This document shows positions 17,657 to 27,705 of a DNA stretch of 64,000 bases, one piece after another. The notes beneath the pieces are model-generated. The model was not told the DNA's origin, made no database searches, and saw nothing but the letters and a program-made list of their open reading frames with translations. How positions within the stretch are numbered: the stretch's first letter is position 1; each line of letters starts with the position of its first letter. Source of the DNA: Acidobacteriota bacterium. GTDB lineage: Bacteria > Acidobacteriota > Terriglobia > Terriglobales > SCQP01. The stretch is from contig DAIDIE010000019.1 in NCBI GenBank assembly GCA_027459505.1, positions 49,645-113,644 of the forward strand. Direction: 5' to 3'. The translations under genes and the position numbers were made by a program.

Positions 17657-19015
17657 CTAGCCCACCAGCGTTACCACCGATTGCGCGGGGATGGTGATGG
17701 TTACCGTTCCGCCGCTGACTGGAACCGGGCTCAGTACCGCCTGGTTTTCGGTCGAGGAGGTGCGGTACGGAGTCAAGCTGGAAGGCAGCGTCGAAATGCC
17801 TTTAAACGTGACCGTGGTGGTGATGTTCTGCTTGGATTTATTCGTGAGCACCACTGCTACGCTGCCGCTAGTGGGTTGAACCGCGGTCGGCTCGAGATTG
17901 GAGTTGGAGGTGCTGGTGGTCAGTACAATCGAGCCCGGGCGCATGAAGCGGCTGAAGTTTCCGATCACGTATAGACGCTTGGGCACCTGGTAGGTGAAGG
18001 TGGTGTTGTTGTACTGAATGAGCCCCTCGTTGTCGTTGTTGTAGTTCATGCACCACCACCACAGCCAGGCGCGGAAGTTGCCGGTGTTGAGTGCGCCGTA
18101 GATGGAGTCGGCCCAGTTCAACGCTTCGGTGATCGTTCCGCTGTAGGAGCCACTGGTCGTGCTGATTTCCGTCATCCAGATGGGCTTGTTGTACTGAATG
18201 GCGGACTGCGACGGATCGGCAAGGTTGCTGGTCGAGCCATAGCCGTGCGTCGCCAGAATGTCGAGATCGGCGTCCATCTGCGCGTTGCTCAGCAGCGGGT
18301 CGCCCCAATTGCTGTCGAAGTAGGAGGCACCGCCGTACACCGCCGGTTCCGGCAGCATGAGTTTGCTGGTCAGGCCGGCGTTCACCATCGCCGGCTTGAG
18401 GTAGCCAGTCACGAAGGAGATGAATTGCGCCGGTGTGTAGCTTGCGCTGTCATAGCTGGTGCTGGTGGACGGCTCGTTCTGCGTACTCCAGATATTGACC
18501 TCCTGCCCCAGTTGAGCCTTGGCGTCCTGCATCCACAGCACCATGGTGTTGGCCAGGTCGGGATAATACTGCGTCAGCACCGAGCCGCCGTTGGAACAGG
18601 AGCCGTTGGACTTCATGAAGGCGGGTGGCGTCCAGGTGGTCACCATGAACTGGTTCACCCCGTAGGTGGACTTCACCCGGTTCATCCAGTTCATCTCGGA
18701 TTGAATCAGCGGGTCGTTGAAGTTGTAGGTGCCCGCGGAAGGCTCGAACTGGCAGAGCATGGAGCCGGCGCGGATAATGCTCAGGCCGGCGCTGGGCATG
18801 GAGGTGTTGTAAAGGTCGTCGAGAATCGCGGTTTGATCGGCGGCGGAAAAGTTGCTCAGGTCGTTGGCGGTCCAGGTGATGGACCCGCCGAAGCCGGCAA
18901 GGGTTTGCTTGGGCTGGCTGTAGTCAACCGTGACGTTGGCGGTGGCGGCCTGTAACGGTATAGCCGTGAGGGCTAAGGCGAGGGCGGCTAGGCCCCAGTG
19001 GCGAGACTGCAACAT
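17657..19015 (-). CDS. GH30 glycoside hydrolase (glucuronoxylanase-like), secreted
   Basis: Signal peptide, GFGGS, WTPPAFMKSN, QNEP (acid/base), WMTE (nucleophile), FSRFMRPG; AGGAG RBS. Confidence 0.85.
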   Translation of the reverse strand: MLQSRHWGLAALALALTAIPLQAATANVTVDYSQPKQTLAGFGGSITWTANDLSNFSAADQTAILDDLYNTSMPSAGLSIIRAGSMLCQFEPSAGTYNFNDPLIQSEMNWMNRVKSTYGVNQFMVTTWTPPAFMKSNGSCSNGGSVLTQYYPDLANTMVLWMQDAKAQLGQEVNIWSTQNEPSTSTSYDSASYTPAQFISFVTGYLKPAMVNAGLTSKLMLPEPAVYGGASYFDSNWGDPLLSNAQMDADLDILATHGYGSTSNLADPSQSAIQYNKPIWMTEISTTSGSYSGTITEALNWADSIYGALNTGNFRAWLWWWCMNYNNDNEGLIQYNNTTFTYQVPKRLYVIGNFSRFMRPGSIVLTTSTSNSNLEPTAVQPTSGSVAVVLTNKSKQNITTTVTFKGISTLPSSLTPYRTSSTENQAVLSPVPVSGGTVTITIPAQSVVTLVG

Positions 19016-19095
19016 TTTGCGTTCTCCTGGTGTGAGCACGAGCAGGGTGCTCAACGAATTAGAGGGCTCTCCGGGAGAGCTACACTGGCTCGCAA

Positions 19096-19244
19096 CTATA
19101 CCGCTGCAGATTCAGAAATCAACAAGTTTTTTGGTTGGCGCCGCCGCAACTATTATTTTTTTGCAAGCGCTTGCAGCGCTCCCCCCCCGGCCTAACCCCC
19201 GCCGCGGCAAAGACTTAGGCCGGTTTCCGCCTGTACCGCTATAG
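19096..19244. promoter_or_regulatory. Three LacI-type operator-like sites upstream of GH30
   Basis: CTATACCGCTGCA (19096-19108), perfect palindrome TGCAAGCGCTTGCA (19162-19175) and TGTACCGCTATAG (19232-19244). Confidence 0.65.
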
Positions 19245-19297
19245 TTCCCGCGCGCGCCTCCAAAAAAATCGCGCAACGCGCCTCCGGTCCCGTCAGC

Positions 19298-19348
19298 ACG
19301 AGCCAGGGCCGAGTCGAACTTCTTTCGAGTTCGAGAGCGCAGGCCGAA
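19298..19348 (+). repeat. Dispersed structured repeat, subtype A (5' part)
   Basis: ACGAGCCAGGGCCGAGTCGAACTTCTTTCGAGTTCGAGAGCGCAGGCCGAA; weaker similarity continues to about 19385. Confidence 0.85.
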
Positions 19349-19404
19349 CTGGGGGGGGCTACTAGGTCCCGCCCCTGCGGCGAAATCCCTCCGCCGGCGC
19401 CGTT

Positions 19405-20343
19405 CTACTCCAGCGCCCAGAAGCGTTCGCTCAGGTACTTGTCGGCGTTGTCGGGAAAAACCGTGACGATCACCGCCGCTTGCTCACAGTTTCTCGCGAC
19501 GCGTAAGGCGCCCACCATGGCGGCGCCGGCGCTGACGCCCACCAGCAGGCCTTCTTCCCGCGCCAGCCGCTTCACCATCTCGTAGGCCTCTTCCGTGCCG
19601 ATGCCCAAATTCTCATTGGCCAACTCGGGAGAGTAAATCGCCGGAACCAGCGCCGATTCCATATGCTTCCAGCCTTCCAGGCCGTGAAACGGGGAATCGG
19701 GCTGCAAGGAGATCAGGCGCACCGCCGGATTCAACTCCCGCAGCCGCAGACCGGTTCCCATGAAAGTGCCGCTGGTGCCCAGCCCGGCAACGAAGTGGGT
19801 GACGCGGCCCTCGGTCTGACGCCAGATCTCCTCCGCGGTGGAGTGGTAATGAGCTTTCCAGTTATTCGGGTTGCTGTATTGATCGATGTAGTGATAGCGC
19901 CCCGGATTTTCCGCCACCATGGCTTGCGCTTTGCGGATTGCGCCGTCGGTGGACTCGCCAGGATCGGTCAGCACCAGTTCGGCGTTGTAGGCGCGCAGAA
20001 TGCGTTTGCGTTCGGGGCTGGCGTTTTCCGGCAGGCAGAGGCAGACGCGGTAACCCCGCACCGCCCCGATCATCGCTAGCGCAATGCCGGTGTTGCCGCT
20101 GGTCGCGTCGAGAATAATCTTGTCTGGGGTAAGCTCTCCGCTGGCCTCCGCCGCCCGCACCATGCTCAGCGCCGCACGGTCTTTGACGCTGCCGCCAGGA
20201 TTGAACCACTCCGCTTTGACTAGGATCCGCACGTGGGGGAACTCGCTGGCAATGCGTTCCAGGCGCAGTAAAGGTGTGTTTCCAATCCGCTCCAGCAGGG
20301 ATTGGCCAAGTGCAGTGGAAGTTGAGGCGGTGGACATCGACAT
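19405..20343 (-). CDS. cysM: Cysteine synthase (CysM-type, PLP)
   Basis: IGNTPL, NPGGSVKDR (PLP lysine), TSGNTG, GTSGT, DKYLS. Start 20343 or 20337. Confidence 0.9.
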   Translation of the reverse strand: MSMSTASTSTALGQSLLERIGNTPLLRLERIASEFPHVRILVKAEWFNPGGSVKDRAALSMVRAAEASGELTPDKIILDATSGNTGIALAMIGAVRGYRVCLCLPENASPERKRILRAYNAELVLTDPGESTDGAIRKAQAMVAENPGRYHYIDQYSNPNNWKAHYHSTAEEIWRQTEGRVTHFVAGLGTSGTFMGTGLRLRELNPAVRLISLQPDSPFHGLEGWKHMESALVPAIYSPELANENLGIGTEEAYEMVKRLAREEGLLVGVSAGAAMVGALRVARNCEQAAVIVTVFPDNADKYLSERFWALE

Positions 20344-20413
20344 TGCACTTCTATTATGACGGAGAGGCACCCACAACCGGCACCCTGCCGCCGCCTATGC
20401 CGCCGTGTTCACC

Positions 20414-21079
20414 CTAGCGATGCTCGTAGTAATGCTCATAACGGCGCACGTAACCCAGCACACGGATGCGCACCCGTGCGATGCCCCGGCCCAACATGTG
20501 CAAACGCGCGGCGGCAGCCTGCGAAAGATCCATAATGCGGCTGCGAGGTTGCGGACCCCGGTCATTGACTACGACCCGCACCGACTTGCGGTTGTGCAGA
20601 TTCGTAACCTTCACCACCGAGCCCAATGGCAGCGAGCGGCTGGCCGCGCTCAAACGCTGTGGGTTGTAACGAATACCGGAAGTCGTTTTCCTTCCCGCCA
20701 GGCCGGGCCCGTACCAGGAGGCCACTCCGACCTGCACGCGCGGAGCCGCCGGCACAATTCGCGCATGCGGGGGAACCGGTACGCCCCTCGCTCTGAGGAC
20801 TGGGGCTCTGAGGGCTGACGCCTTCAAAGTGGCATGCAAACCCTTGGGCGCCTCGGCGCCGGCAGTCACCCGCACTTGCGCACGCCCGCCGTGAGAGGCG
20901 CTCCCCTTCCAGCCGCCCTTCGACGCTTGGCGTGCCTTTTTGTGAACCACCGTTGCCCTCTTTTTTGCATGCCTTCCCGGCGGAGAGGTGGATTGCGCTG
21001 CCGCACCGTAGAGCGGCATTAGCAGCGCCACCATACACGCGGTTCGTCGAATGGCACAAATTTGTCCGTCAATAACCAT
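20414..21079 (-). CDS. rlpA: RlpA-family septal ring lytic transglycosylase (DPBB)
   Basis: GVASWYG, AASRSLPLGSVVKVTN, VNDRGP, RIMDLS; start uncertain (21079 or 21034). Confidence 0.85.
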   Translation of the reverse strand: MVIDGQICAIRRTACMVALLMPLYGAAAQSTSPPGRHAKKRATVVHKKARQASKGGWKGSASHGGRAQVRVTAGAEAPKGLHATLKASALRAPVLRARGVPVPPHARIVPAAPRVQVGVASWYGPGLAGRKTTSGIRYNPQRLSAASRSLPLGSVVKVTNLHNRKSVRVVVNDRGPQPRSRIMDLSQAAAARLHMLGRGIARVRIRVLGYVRRYEHYYEHR

Positions 21080-21330
21080 ACCCTTAAGACGGCCAACCGG
21101 CGCACGCAGGTTGGGTGAGCGTGCCCCGCGTTCCACTGTGTTGGCCAATATTGCGAGTCGGGACGCACGGCGATGGAACCGCATGGACATCTCAATGGAC
21201 ACGGCTGGCTTCGAACAACTACGCGGACTTTGTGAATAAAAGTCTCGGCCCAATAGCCAGAAAGCTCCAGACAGCCATGAGAAAAGCCGAACAGAGTATA
21301 AGCAGTAAAGTGTCTGCCAGATCCGCCACC

Positions 21331-22407
21331 ATGAGCTCCGCCATGACGGCACTGAAGCGTGGCGGGCAGGTGGCGGCCGCCGTGAGCATCGCGGCGGTTG
21401 TGGCTGCTCGTGTTTACCGTAGCCGGAACCGCATGGATCTGCGGGGCCGCTCGGTGCTCATTACCGGGGGTTCCCGGGGCCTCGGCTTCGCGCTGGCCGG
21501 TGAGTTTCTCGACCGCGGCGCGCGGGTCGCCTTATGCGCCCGCGACGAAGCGGAACTTGCCGGGGCCAAGCGCCAGCTTGAGAATCGCGACGGCACGCTG
21601 GCCCAAGCCTTTGGTGAGGTGCACACCGTGGTCTGCGACCTGCGCAACGCCGAGTCTGTGGCTCAAATGATGGAAGAGGTGCGCCTGCGCTTTGGCGCCA
21701 TTGACGTCCTGGTCAACAACGCCGGTGTCATTCAGGTGGGCCCCTGGCAGACCATGACCGAACACGACTATCAGGAGGCGATGGAGCTTTATTTCTGGGC
21801 GCCCCTGCGCTGTATGCAGGCCGCTGCGCCGCACATGATTCGTCGCGGGGAAGGGCGCATTGTCAACATCAGCTCCATTGGTGGCTTGGTCGCGATTCCC
21901 CATCTGCTGCCCTACACAGCGGCGAAATTCGCCCTCACCGGACTCTCGGAGGGCTGGCGCGCCGAACTCCATCGCCATGGCATTCGCGTCACCACGGTCT
22001 GTCCTGGGCTGATGCGCACGGGTTCGCAGCACGAGGCCTTATTCAAAGGCCAGTCCCAGCGGGAGTTCGCCTGGTTCGCCGCTGGAGGCGCCAATCCGCT
22101 CCTGGCCATCAGCGCGCAACGCGCCGCGCGGCGTATTGTGGAGGCGTGTCGGGAAGGCCGCGCGCAAATCGTCCTCAGCCTCCCAGCTCAAATGCTGGCC
22201 TTCGCCCACGGTGTTGCGCCGGGATTGGTCAGTGAAGTCATGGCGCTGGCGAATCGCGCCCTGCCCGAGGCCGGCGGCTCCGGCAAGCAAGCCTTGCCGG
22301 GTAGGGAGACGTCGCCCGCCCTGGGCGGTATTTTGCACAAGGCAGTCGAACGCCAGGGTCGCAAGTACAACCAGCATGGCCGTGAAGTGCTCCGCACGGG
22401 AACGTAG
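21331..22407 (+). CDS. Short-chain dehydrogenase/reductase
   Basis: TGGSRGLG, NNAG and YTAAK catalytic motif; start uncertain. Confidence 0.9.
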   Translation: MSSAMTALKRGGQVAAAVSIAAVVAARVYRSRNRMDLRGRSVLITGGSRGLGFALAGEFLDRGARVALCARDEAELAGAKRQLENRDGTLAQAFGEVHTVVCDLRNAESVAQMMEEVRLRFGAIDVLVNNAGVIQVGPWQTMTEHDYQEAMELYFWAPLRCMQAAAPHMIRRGEGRIVNISSIGGLVAIPHLLPYTAAKFALTGLSEGWRAELHRHGIRVTTVCPGLMRTGSQHEALFKGQSQREFAWFAAGGANPLLAISAQRAARRIVEACREGRAQIVLSLPAQMLAFAHGVAPGLVSEVMALANRALPEAGGSGKQALPGRETSPALGGILHKAVERQGRKYNQHGREVLRTGT

Positions 22408-22488
22408 TAAACCTTCGCCCGCCCTGCCTGCAAACTCCACACGGTTGAAGGCGACGCAGGGCAGCGCCGCCATGATGCCTCATTTGGC

Positions 22489-23391
22489 ATGAGCTCGGGG
22501 GCGCCCCCGTACAATACGGGTATGAGCGAAACCCCCGTTGCACCTGTGGACCGCGGTCTTGCGGGCATCACGGTTGCCCTCCTGGAGACACGCCGCGAAC
22601 GCGAATTCCGCGGCATGTTTGAAATGCGCGGAGCCCAGGTCCTTTCCTGCCCGCTGATTTTTCCGGAAAATGACGGTGTCGAACCGCAGGTCCGCCGCTT
22701 TATCGATGGCGCGCTTGCCGGCGAGTTTCAGGCGGCCGTCTTCTACACGGGGTTGGGGGTTCTGACCATCCTGGAAGCAGCGCGTGCCCTGGGCCTCGAT
22801 GCTAAACTGCGCACGGCGCTTGCCGCCATTCCCCTGATTGCCCGCGGCCCCAAAGTTCGCGCCGCCTTAAGGCGAGAACAACTGCAACCGGCGGCGTTAG
22901 CGGAACCCGCCACCACGGAAGGGCTCATGGCTCTCATGGCGGCCATGTCGTTTGCGCCTGGCGCCGCGATCGCGGTGGCCCTGGCTGGAGATCAGCCCAC
23001 CGCTCTGCTGCCCGCATTACGGCAGCGCGGATTCGAGGTCTACGATTTCCCGCCCTATCACTACCGCCTCCCCGACAACCTCGACGAAGCCGGCCAGTTC
23101 ATCGAACAGCTTTGCCGCCCTGGCCAAGTGCGGTGGATCGCCTTCACCAGCCAGCCGCAGGTGGGAATTCTCTTTCAATGCGCGGAAACACTGGGGGCCA
23201 GGGAGCGCCTGGAACAAGCGTTGCAAAGAGAGGTGCGGGTCGCCTCCATCGGAACCGTCACCACCGCGGCCCTGTCGCGCCATGGCATCCCCATCAGCGC
23301 CCATGCGCCAGCGGAGCAGGAGACCATGATTGGCTTGGTGAAACAGATCGTGGCGGCGGAGAGTAGCGCTCAGCGGCAAGACCCAAACTGA
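22489..23391 (+). CDS. hemD: Uroporphyrinogen-III synthase
   Basis: VALLETRR, ARGPK, FTSQPQV and ASIGTVT motifs of the HemD family. Confidence 0.8.
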   Translation: MSSGAPPYNTGMSETPVAPVDRGLAGITVALLETRREREFRGMFEMRGAQVLSCPLIFPENDGVEPQVRRFIDGALAGEFQAAVFYTGLGVLTILEAARALGLDAKLRTALAAIPLIARGPKVRAALRREQLQPAALAEPATTEGLMALMAAMSFAPGAAIAVALAGDQPTALLPALRQRGFEVYDFPPYHYRLPDNLDEAGQFIEQLCRPGQVRWIAFTSQPQVGILFQCAETLGARERLEQALQREVRVASIGTVTTAALSRHGIPISAHAPAEQETMIGLVKQIVAAESSAQRQDPN

Positions 23392-23404
23392 CGCCGCCGC
23401 CCGC

Positions 23405-23818
23405 TCAGGCGCTGGGCTCGCCTGTCACGCCGTTTTGCCGCGTCTGCACGAGTTCTTCAACACCGGCAACCAGGCTGAGGATCTCGGTTTGCGTGAACGG
23501 CTTCGTGACGTAGAAGTTGACGCCCGCCTCCACGCTGCGTTGCCGTGTGCGGTCGTCCTGAACCTGGGTCACCATAAAAATGGGGAGTGTTTCATAGGCC
23601 GCGCTGGTGCGCAGCTGACGGGTCAGCTCAAAACCGTCGACCCAGGGCATTTGAATGTCAAGAAAGGCGGCGTCCAGCGGCTCCTGACGGGCGATCAGCC
23701 GGGCCGCTTCCCGGCTGTCCTGAAAGGCTTCCACCTGGCAGCCAGCCTCTTGCAGCATGCTCGCCAGTGTGTCGAGCACATCCGGATCGTCGTCAACAAC
23801 CATTACGCGTAAGCTCAT
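23405..23818 (-). CDS. Single-domain response regulator (CheY-like)
   Basis: VVDDD, LDIQMP (phospho-Asp), DGFEL, YVTKPF. Confidence 0.9.
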   Translation of the reverse strand: MSLRVMVVDDDPDVLDTLASMLQEAGCQVEAFQDSREAARLIARQEPLDAAFLDIQMPWVDGFELTRQLRTSAAYETLPIFMVTQVQDDRTRQRSVEAGVNFYVTKPFTQTEILSLVAGVEELVQTRQNGVTGEPSA

Positions 23819-23970
23819 AATTCAAGGCGCCGCGGCGGGCTTGGCACAGACTACTACAATCCCGGCAAGGGCACCAGATGCGAAGCCGGGGAAAAAGGGC
23901 CTTTTCCCTCGCTGGGGAGCGCCATGCCGCTTCTAAGCGCTTCTTAAATTTCTCGCCGGACGCTAAAAAT

Positions 23971-23983
23971 CTATAGCGCTACA
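23971..23983. promoter_or_regulatory. LacI-type operator upstream of GH3
   Basis: CTATAGCGCTACA is the exact reverse complement of the TGTAGCGCTATAG site upstream of the GH30 gene at 28038. Confidence 0.7.
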
Positions 23984-24013
23984 AATCCTCGCAAATGGGT
24001 TTATCATAACGGC

Positions 24014-26749
24014 GTGAACGGCACTACTCCCCGCAACATGCGCCGGCGCGATTTTCTCGCCGGTATGAGTGAAGCGACCGCGTTAGCCCTGTTGCTACCC
24101 AGCGGATCGGCGCTGGCGCAGCAGGTGCATCACGCTCTTGACCAGGGATTGCGCAGGCTGGGCAGCCTGGACCCGCGCGCCATCCGCCGCGCCAAGCGAC
24201 GCGCCGCGGCGTTGGTCGCCAAAATGACGCTGGCGGAAAAAGCCAGCCAGGTGGGAAATACGGTTCCCGCCATACCGCGGCTGAAATTGCCCGAGTATCA
24301 ATACTGGAGCGAGGCGCTGCATGGGTTGGCGCGCGGCTTTCCCGGCCCTTCCACCTCTTTTCCGGTGCCCCTCGCCCTGGCCAACACCTGGAATCCGGCG
24401 CTCAGTGAGTCCATCTATACCGCGATTTCCGACGAAGCGCGTGCCTATCACAACGCGAAGAATACGCCCCTGGCGTTTTACTCGCCGCAGACCCTGAACA
24501 CCGCCAAAGACCCGCGCTGGGGCCGCATTGACGAAACCCTCGGCGAGGATCCCTGTCTGATTACCCATATGGTGCAGGCCACGGTGCGCGGCATGCAGGG
24601 CGCTAATCCCAACTACCTGAAGACGGTTTGCTGCGCCAAGCACTTCATCGGCAATGAGACCGAGGACGACCGCCATGTCACCTCGGCGGATATCGGGCCG
24701 CGCAGCTTCTGGGAGTACTACACGCGCCCCTTCCGTGCCGCCATCGACGCCGGTGTGTATCAGGTGATGAGCGCCTACAACTCGCTCAATGGCGTACCCT
24801 GCAGCGCCGACCGCTTTCTTCTTACTGAACTGCTGCGCAACCGTTGGGGCTTTGAGGGCTATGTGACCAGCGACTGCGACGCGGTGGGCGACACTTATCA
24901 GACGCACCATTACGTTCCGACCGGCGAACAGGCCGCCGCGCTGGCCGTGCAGGCCGGCGTGGATCTGAACTGCGGCGACACCATGCAGAAGTTCCTGGTC
25001 AGCGCCGTTGCCAAGGAGATGCTGAGCGAAAAAGACATCGACCGGGCGCTGACCCGGCTGCTGTCGGTGCGTTTTCTGTTTGGCGATTTCGATTCCAAAG
25101 CGCAGACCCCATGGAATCGCATTCCCATGTCGGTTGTGGATGGCGCCGCACATCGCGCTCTGGCGCTCAACGCGGCCCGGCAAACGCTCACGCTGCTGAA
25201 AAACGAGAACAACACCCTGCCGCTCAACAAGAGCGAGCTGAAGAACGTCCTCGTCATTGGACCGCTGGCGCGGCGCACCAACTTTGGCGGGTACACCGGC
25301 GCGCCGACCGTGCACGTCTCCCCGGCGGAAGGCATCGCCCGCATGTTGGGCGCCTCCCTGGAAAACCCCGGCCGCATCCAGGCGACCGACGTGGTCAACG
25401 TAAGCTGGTTCTACTTCCTGCGTCCCTTCGTTGAGCCCGATAACACGCTTGGAAACATGCTCAGCGGCGACAACGTCACGCTGCCCTCGCAAAATTTCGA
25501 CGGCAAGACCTCCATTCGCGTGCGCGTGGCCAGCGCGCTCTCCGGTGGTTCAATCGAAGTTCGCCTCGACAGCAGCCATGGTCCGCTGGTCGCCACCGTC
25601 CCCGTTCCCAACACCGGGGGCTGGGACCAATGGAAGGTGGTGGAAGCTCCGCTGCACAACGCCAGCGGCAACCATCCCCTGAACCTGAGCTTCCAGAGCA
25701 CCGCGCCGCAACCCAAGCAACCGCCCGCTTTGACCTCGCTTCCGCACATTGTCGGCAATCCGCTGATGAAGGTCGACTGGCTGGAGTTGTTGCCGCTTCC
25801 GCAAACGCAGCCAGCCTCCGGCGGTCCCAAGGTCACCACCATGCTGGGCACCACCGTCCTCGGCCCGGCTGTCGAGGCTTGGTTTGCCCAGGCTGAGCAG
25901 GCGGCGCGCGAGGCGGATGTGGTGATCGCTATCGTGGGCACCGACGAGTCGGTGGCGCACGAGCAACACGACCGCAAAGACATCACCCTGCCCGGCGCGC
26001 AGACTCAACTTCTGCAGCGGCTCTATGCAGCCAACAAACGCACCGTTGCGGTGCTGTCCTCTATTGCGCCCCTGGCGGTGCCCTGGGAAGCGCGGAACCT
26101 GCCTGCCATTCTCTGTGCCTATGCCGCCGGTCAGGCGCAAGGGCAGGCCATCGCCGATGCGCTGTTCGGGGAGCACAATCCCGGCGGCAAGCTGGCTGAG
26201 ACCTGGTACACGGGATTGGAGCAGTTGCCCAGCTTCCACGAGTACAACATCGAAAACAACCGCACTTACATGTACTTCGAGGGCAAGCCGTTGTTTCCCT
26301 TCGGCCACGGCCTCAGCTACACGGAGTTCACCTACAGCAATCTCGTCCTGAGCAGCCAGACCCTGGGTGCGGGGCAGACGTTACGCGTCAGCGCCACCGT
26401 CCGCAACACCGGCAAGCGCGCGGGTGTCGAAGTGGCGCAGCTTTACGTCACTGCGCCGCAATCGCCGGTGAAACGGCCCATCCGCCAGTTGGCGGGCTTC
26501 GCCCGGGTGGAGCTGCGCCCCGGACAATCGCGCCGGGTCACCTTTGAGCTGCCCTACGCCGAACCGGCGTTATGGTACTGGAAGGAAGACGAGCGCCGTT
26601 TCGTGCTGCAGCCCGGCGCCTTGCAGATCGCGGTGGGCGCCTCATCGGCGGACCTCCGCCTGCACGACAAGGTGCAGCTCCACGCCAACACCGATCCCAA
26701 ACTGGGTGGCCCGGAGACGCTGCACTGGAATCCAGTGCGGATTGGCTAA
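24014..26749 (+). CDS. GH3 beta-xylosidase/glucosidase with inserted CBM6 and C-terminal Fn3-like domain, Tat signal
   Basis: RRRDFL Tat motif, WSEALHG, DPRWGR, KHF, VTSDC nucleophile; CBM6-like RVAS..GGSIEVRLDS..PNTGGW insert; PFGHGLSYT. Confidence 0.9.
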   Translation: MNGTTPRNMRRRDFLAGMSEATALALLLPSGSALAQQVHHALDQGLRRLGSLDPRAIRRAKRRAAALVAKMTLAEKASQVGNTVPAIPRLKLPEYQYWSEALHGLARGFPGPSTSFPVPLALANTWNPALSESIYTAISDEARAYHNAKNTPLAFYSPQTLNTAKDPRWGRIDETLGEDPCLITHMVQATVRGMQGANPNYLKTVCCAKHFIGNETEDDRHVTSADIGPRSFWEYYTRPFRAAIDAGVYQVMSAYNSLNGVPCSADRFLLTELLRNRWGFEGYVTSDCDAVGDTYQTHHYVPTGEQAAALAVQAGVDLNCGDTMQKFLVSAVAKEMLSEKDIDRALTRLLSVRFLFGDFDSKAQTPWNRIPMSVVDGAAHRALALNAARQTLTLLKNENNTLPLNKSELKNVLVIGPLARRTNFGGYTGAPTVHVSPAEGIARMLGASLENPGRIQATDVVNVSWFYFLRPFVEPDNTLGNMLSGDNVTLPSQNFDGKTSIRVRVASALSGGSIEVRLDSSHGPLVATVPVPNTGGWDQWKVVEAPLHNASGNHPLNLSFQSTAPQPKQPPALTSLPHIVGNPLMKVDWLELLPLPQTQPASGGPKVTTMLGTTVLGPAVEAWFAQAEQAAREADVVIAIVGTDESVAHEQHDRKDITLPGAQTQLLQRLYAANKRTVAVLSSIAPLAVPWEARNLPAILCAYAAGQAQGQAIADALFGEHNPGGKLAETWYTGLEQLPSFHEYNIENNRTYMYFEGKPLFPFGHGLSYTEFTYSNLVLSSQTLGAGQTLRVSATVRNTGKRAGVEVAQLYVTAPQSPVKRPIRQLAGFARVELRPGQSRRVTFELPYAEPALWYWKEDERRFVLQPGALQIAVGASSADLRLHDKVQLHANTDPKLGGPETLHWNPVRIG

Positions 26750-26858
26750 GGGCACGTCAGTAAACGCAATTGGGCGTGGCAACAGCGGCGCGGGGAGATG
26801 TTTCACCGGATCTCCCCGCGCCGTCTGCTTTTTCGGGGAAGACCTGGAAGTGTGCTTA

Positions 26859-26935
26859 TGGTGCGCCTGGAGGGAATCGAACCCCCGACACGCGGTTTAG
26901 GAAACCGCTGCTCTATCCTTCTGAGCTACAGGCGC
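26859..26935 (-). tRNA. tRNA-Arg(CCT)
   Basis: Minus strand GCGCCTG TAGCTCAGAAGGATAGAGC A GCGGT TT CCT AA ACCGC ... GGTTCGATTCC ... CAGGCGC ACCA; full cloverleaf with encoded CCA. Confidence 0.95.
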
Positions 26936-27065
26936 ACGCTGCGCCGGACTGCCTCCATTTTACTTGAGCCCCGGCGTGGCGCCTGGATTGGATGCTTGCC
27001 TTGCTTGCTCACCCAGCTGCGCCGAACGAGGCCGTGCCACGCTCAGGCGCCGCCCGTGCCGCTCG

Positions 27066-27503
27066 TCAGATCGAGTTGCGGCGCACTCGCCGCAGGCTGT
27101 AAAGGTACAAGGCTCCCGCCAAAGCGAGCAGCAGGGCCGCCAGCGCAGCGAGCGTCGCATTCGAGGCTGTTTTCACCTCGACAACAAGAACCTTTCGCGC
27201 CACCGCCACCAGCGCCACCTCCAGGACGAACTCCACCCTGACCGTCTGCTCGGCCAGGCAGGCCTTCATGATGTCCAGGAGTTCGACGCCGATGACCACC
27301 AGCAGCAACAGACCAAAGGCGTCCAGCAATTGTCCAACGCCCAAAAGGACAAATGGTGGCGAGGAAACGTCTTTTGCCATCATCCACGCCAGGTCCACCG
27401 TGGAGGCGAGTACGACGACTGCGATCATCGCCACCAGCGACCCCACAATGACCTTCTCAAACTTCTGCAACGTTGAGCCAAGCAGCGAAACATGCGGTTG
27501 CAT
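27066..27503 (-). CDS. Phosphate-starvation-inducible PsiE-family membrane protein
   Basis: Four TM helices with LLVVIGVELL and VALVAVARKV motifs. Start set at MQPHVS; the upstream ORF extension is shadow. Confidence 0.8.
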   Translation of the reverse strand: MQPHVSLLGSTLQKFEKVIVGSLVAMIAVVVLASTVDLAWMMAKDVSSPPFVLLGVGQLLDAFGLLLLVVIGVELLDIMKACLAEQTVRVEFVLEVALVAVARKVLVVEVKTASNATLAALAALLLALAGALYLYSLRRVRRNSI

Positions 27504-27535
27504 AGGCAAGAGCGTTTCCGTATGACCAGAATCTG

Positions 27536-27685
27536 TCAGCCAGCCTTGCGCAGGTGCCGCGCGTAATGGCCCATCAGCTCCGCCTGCTCCAGAATCTTTC
27601 CCTGCATGGCGGCCATCACTTGGCGGTACTTGGCGCCGGGCGGCATGTCCAGCTTTTGGTTGAGCGCGTACTGAACCCTGAACCA
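27536..27685 (-). pseudogene. C-terminal remnant of YbhB/YbcL (PEBP/Raf-kinase-inhibitor-like) gene
   Basis: YALNQKLDMPPGAKYRQVMAAMQGKILEQAELMGHYAR matches the YbhB C-terminus (YALD..L.L.PGA....V..AM.G.IL..AEL.G.Y.R). The N-terminal part is absent and a repeat copy follows. Confidence 0.65.
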
Positions 27686-27705
27686 GCGTTCGGCCTTCAA
27701 CCCAA

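Noticed and set aside
26859-26935. tRNA-Arg as integration site of a genomic island
   Set aside because: No duplicated tRNA 3' end and no integrase were seen in the window.
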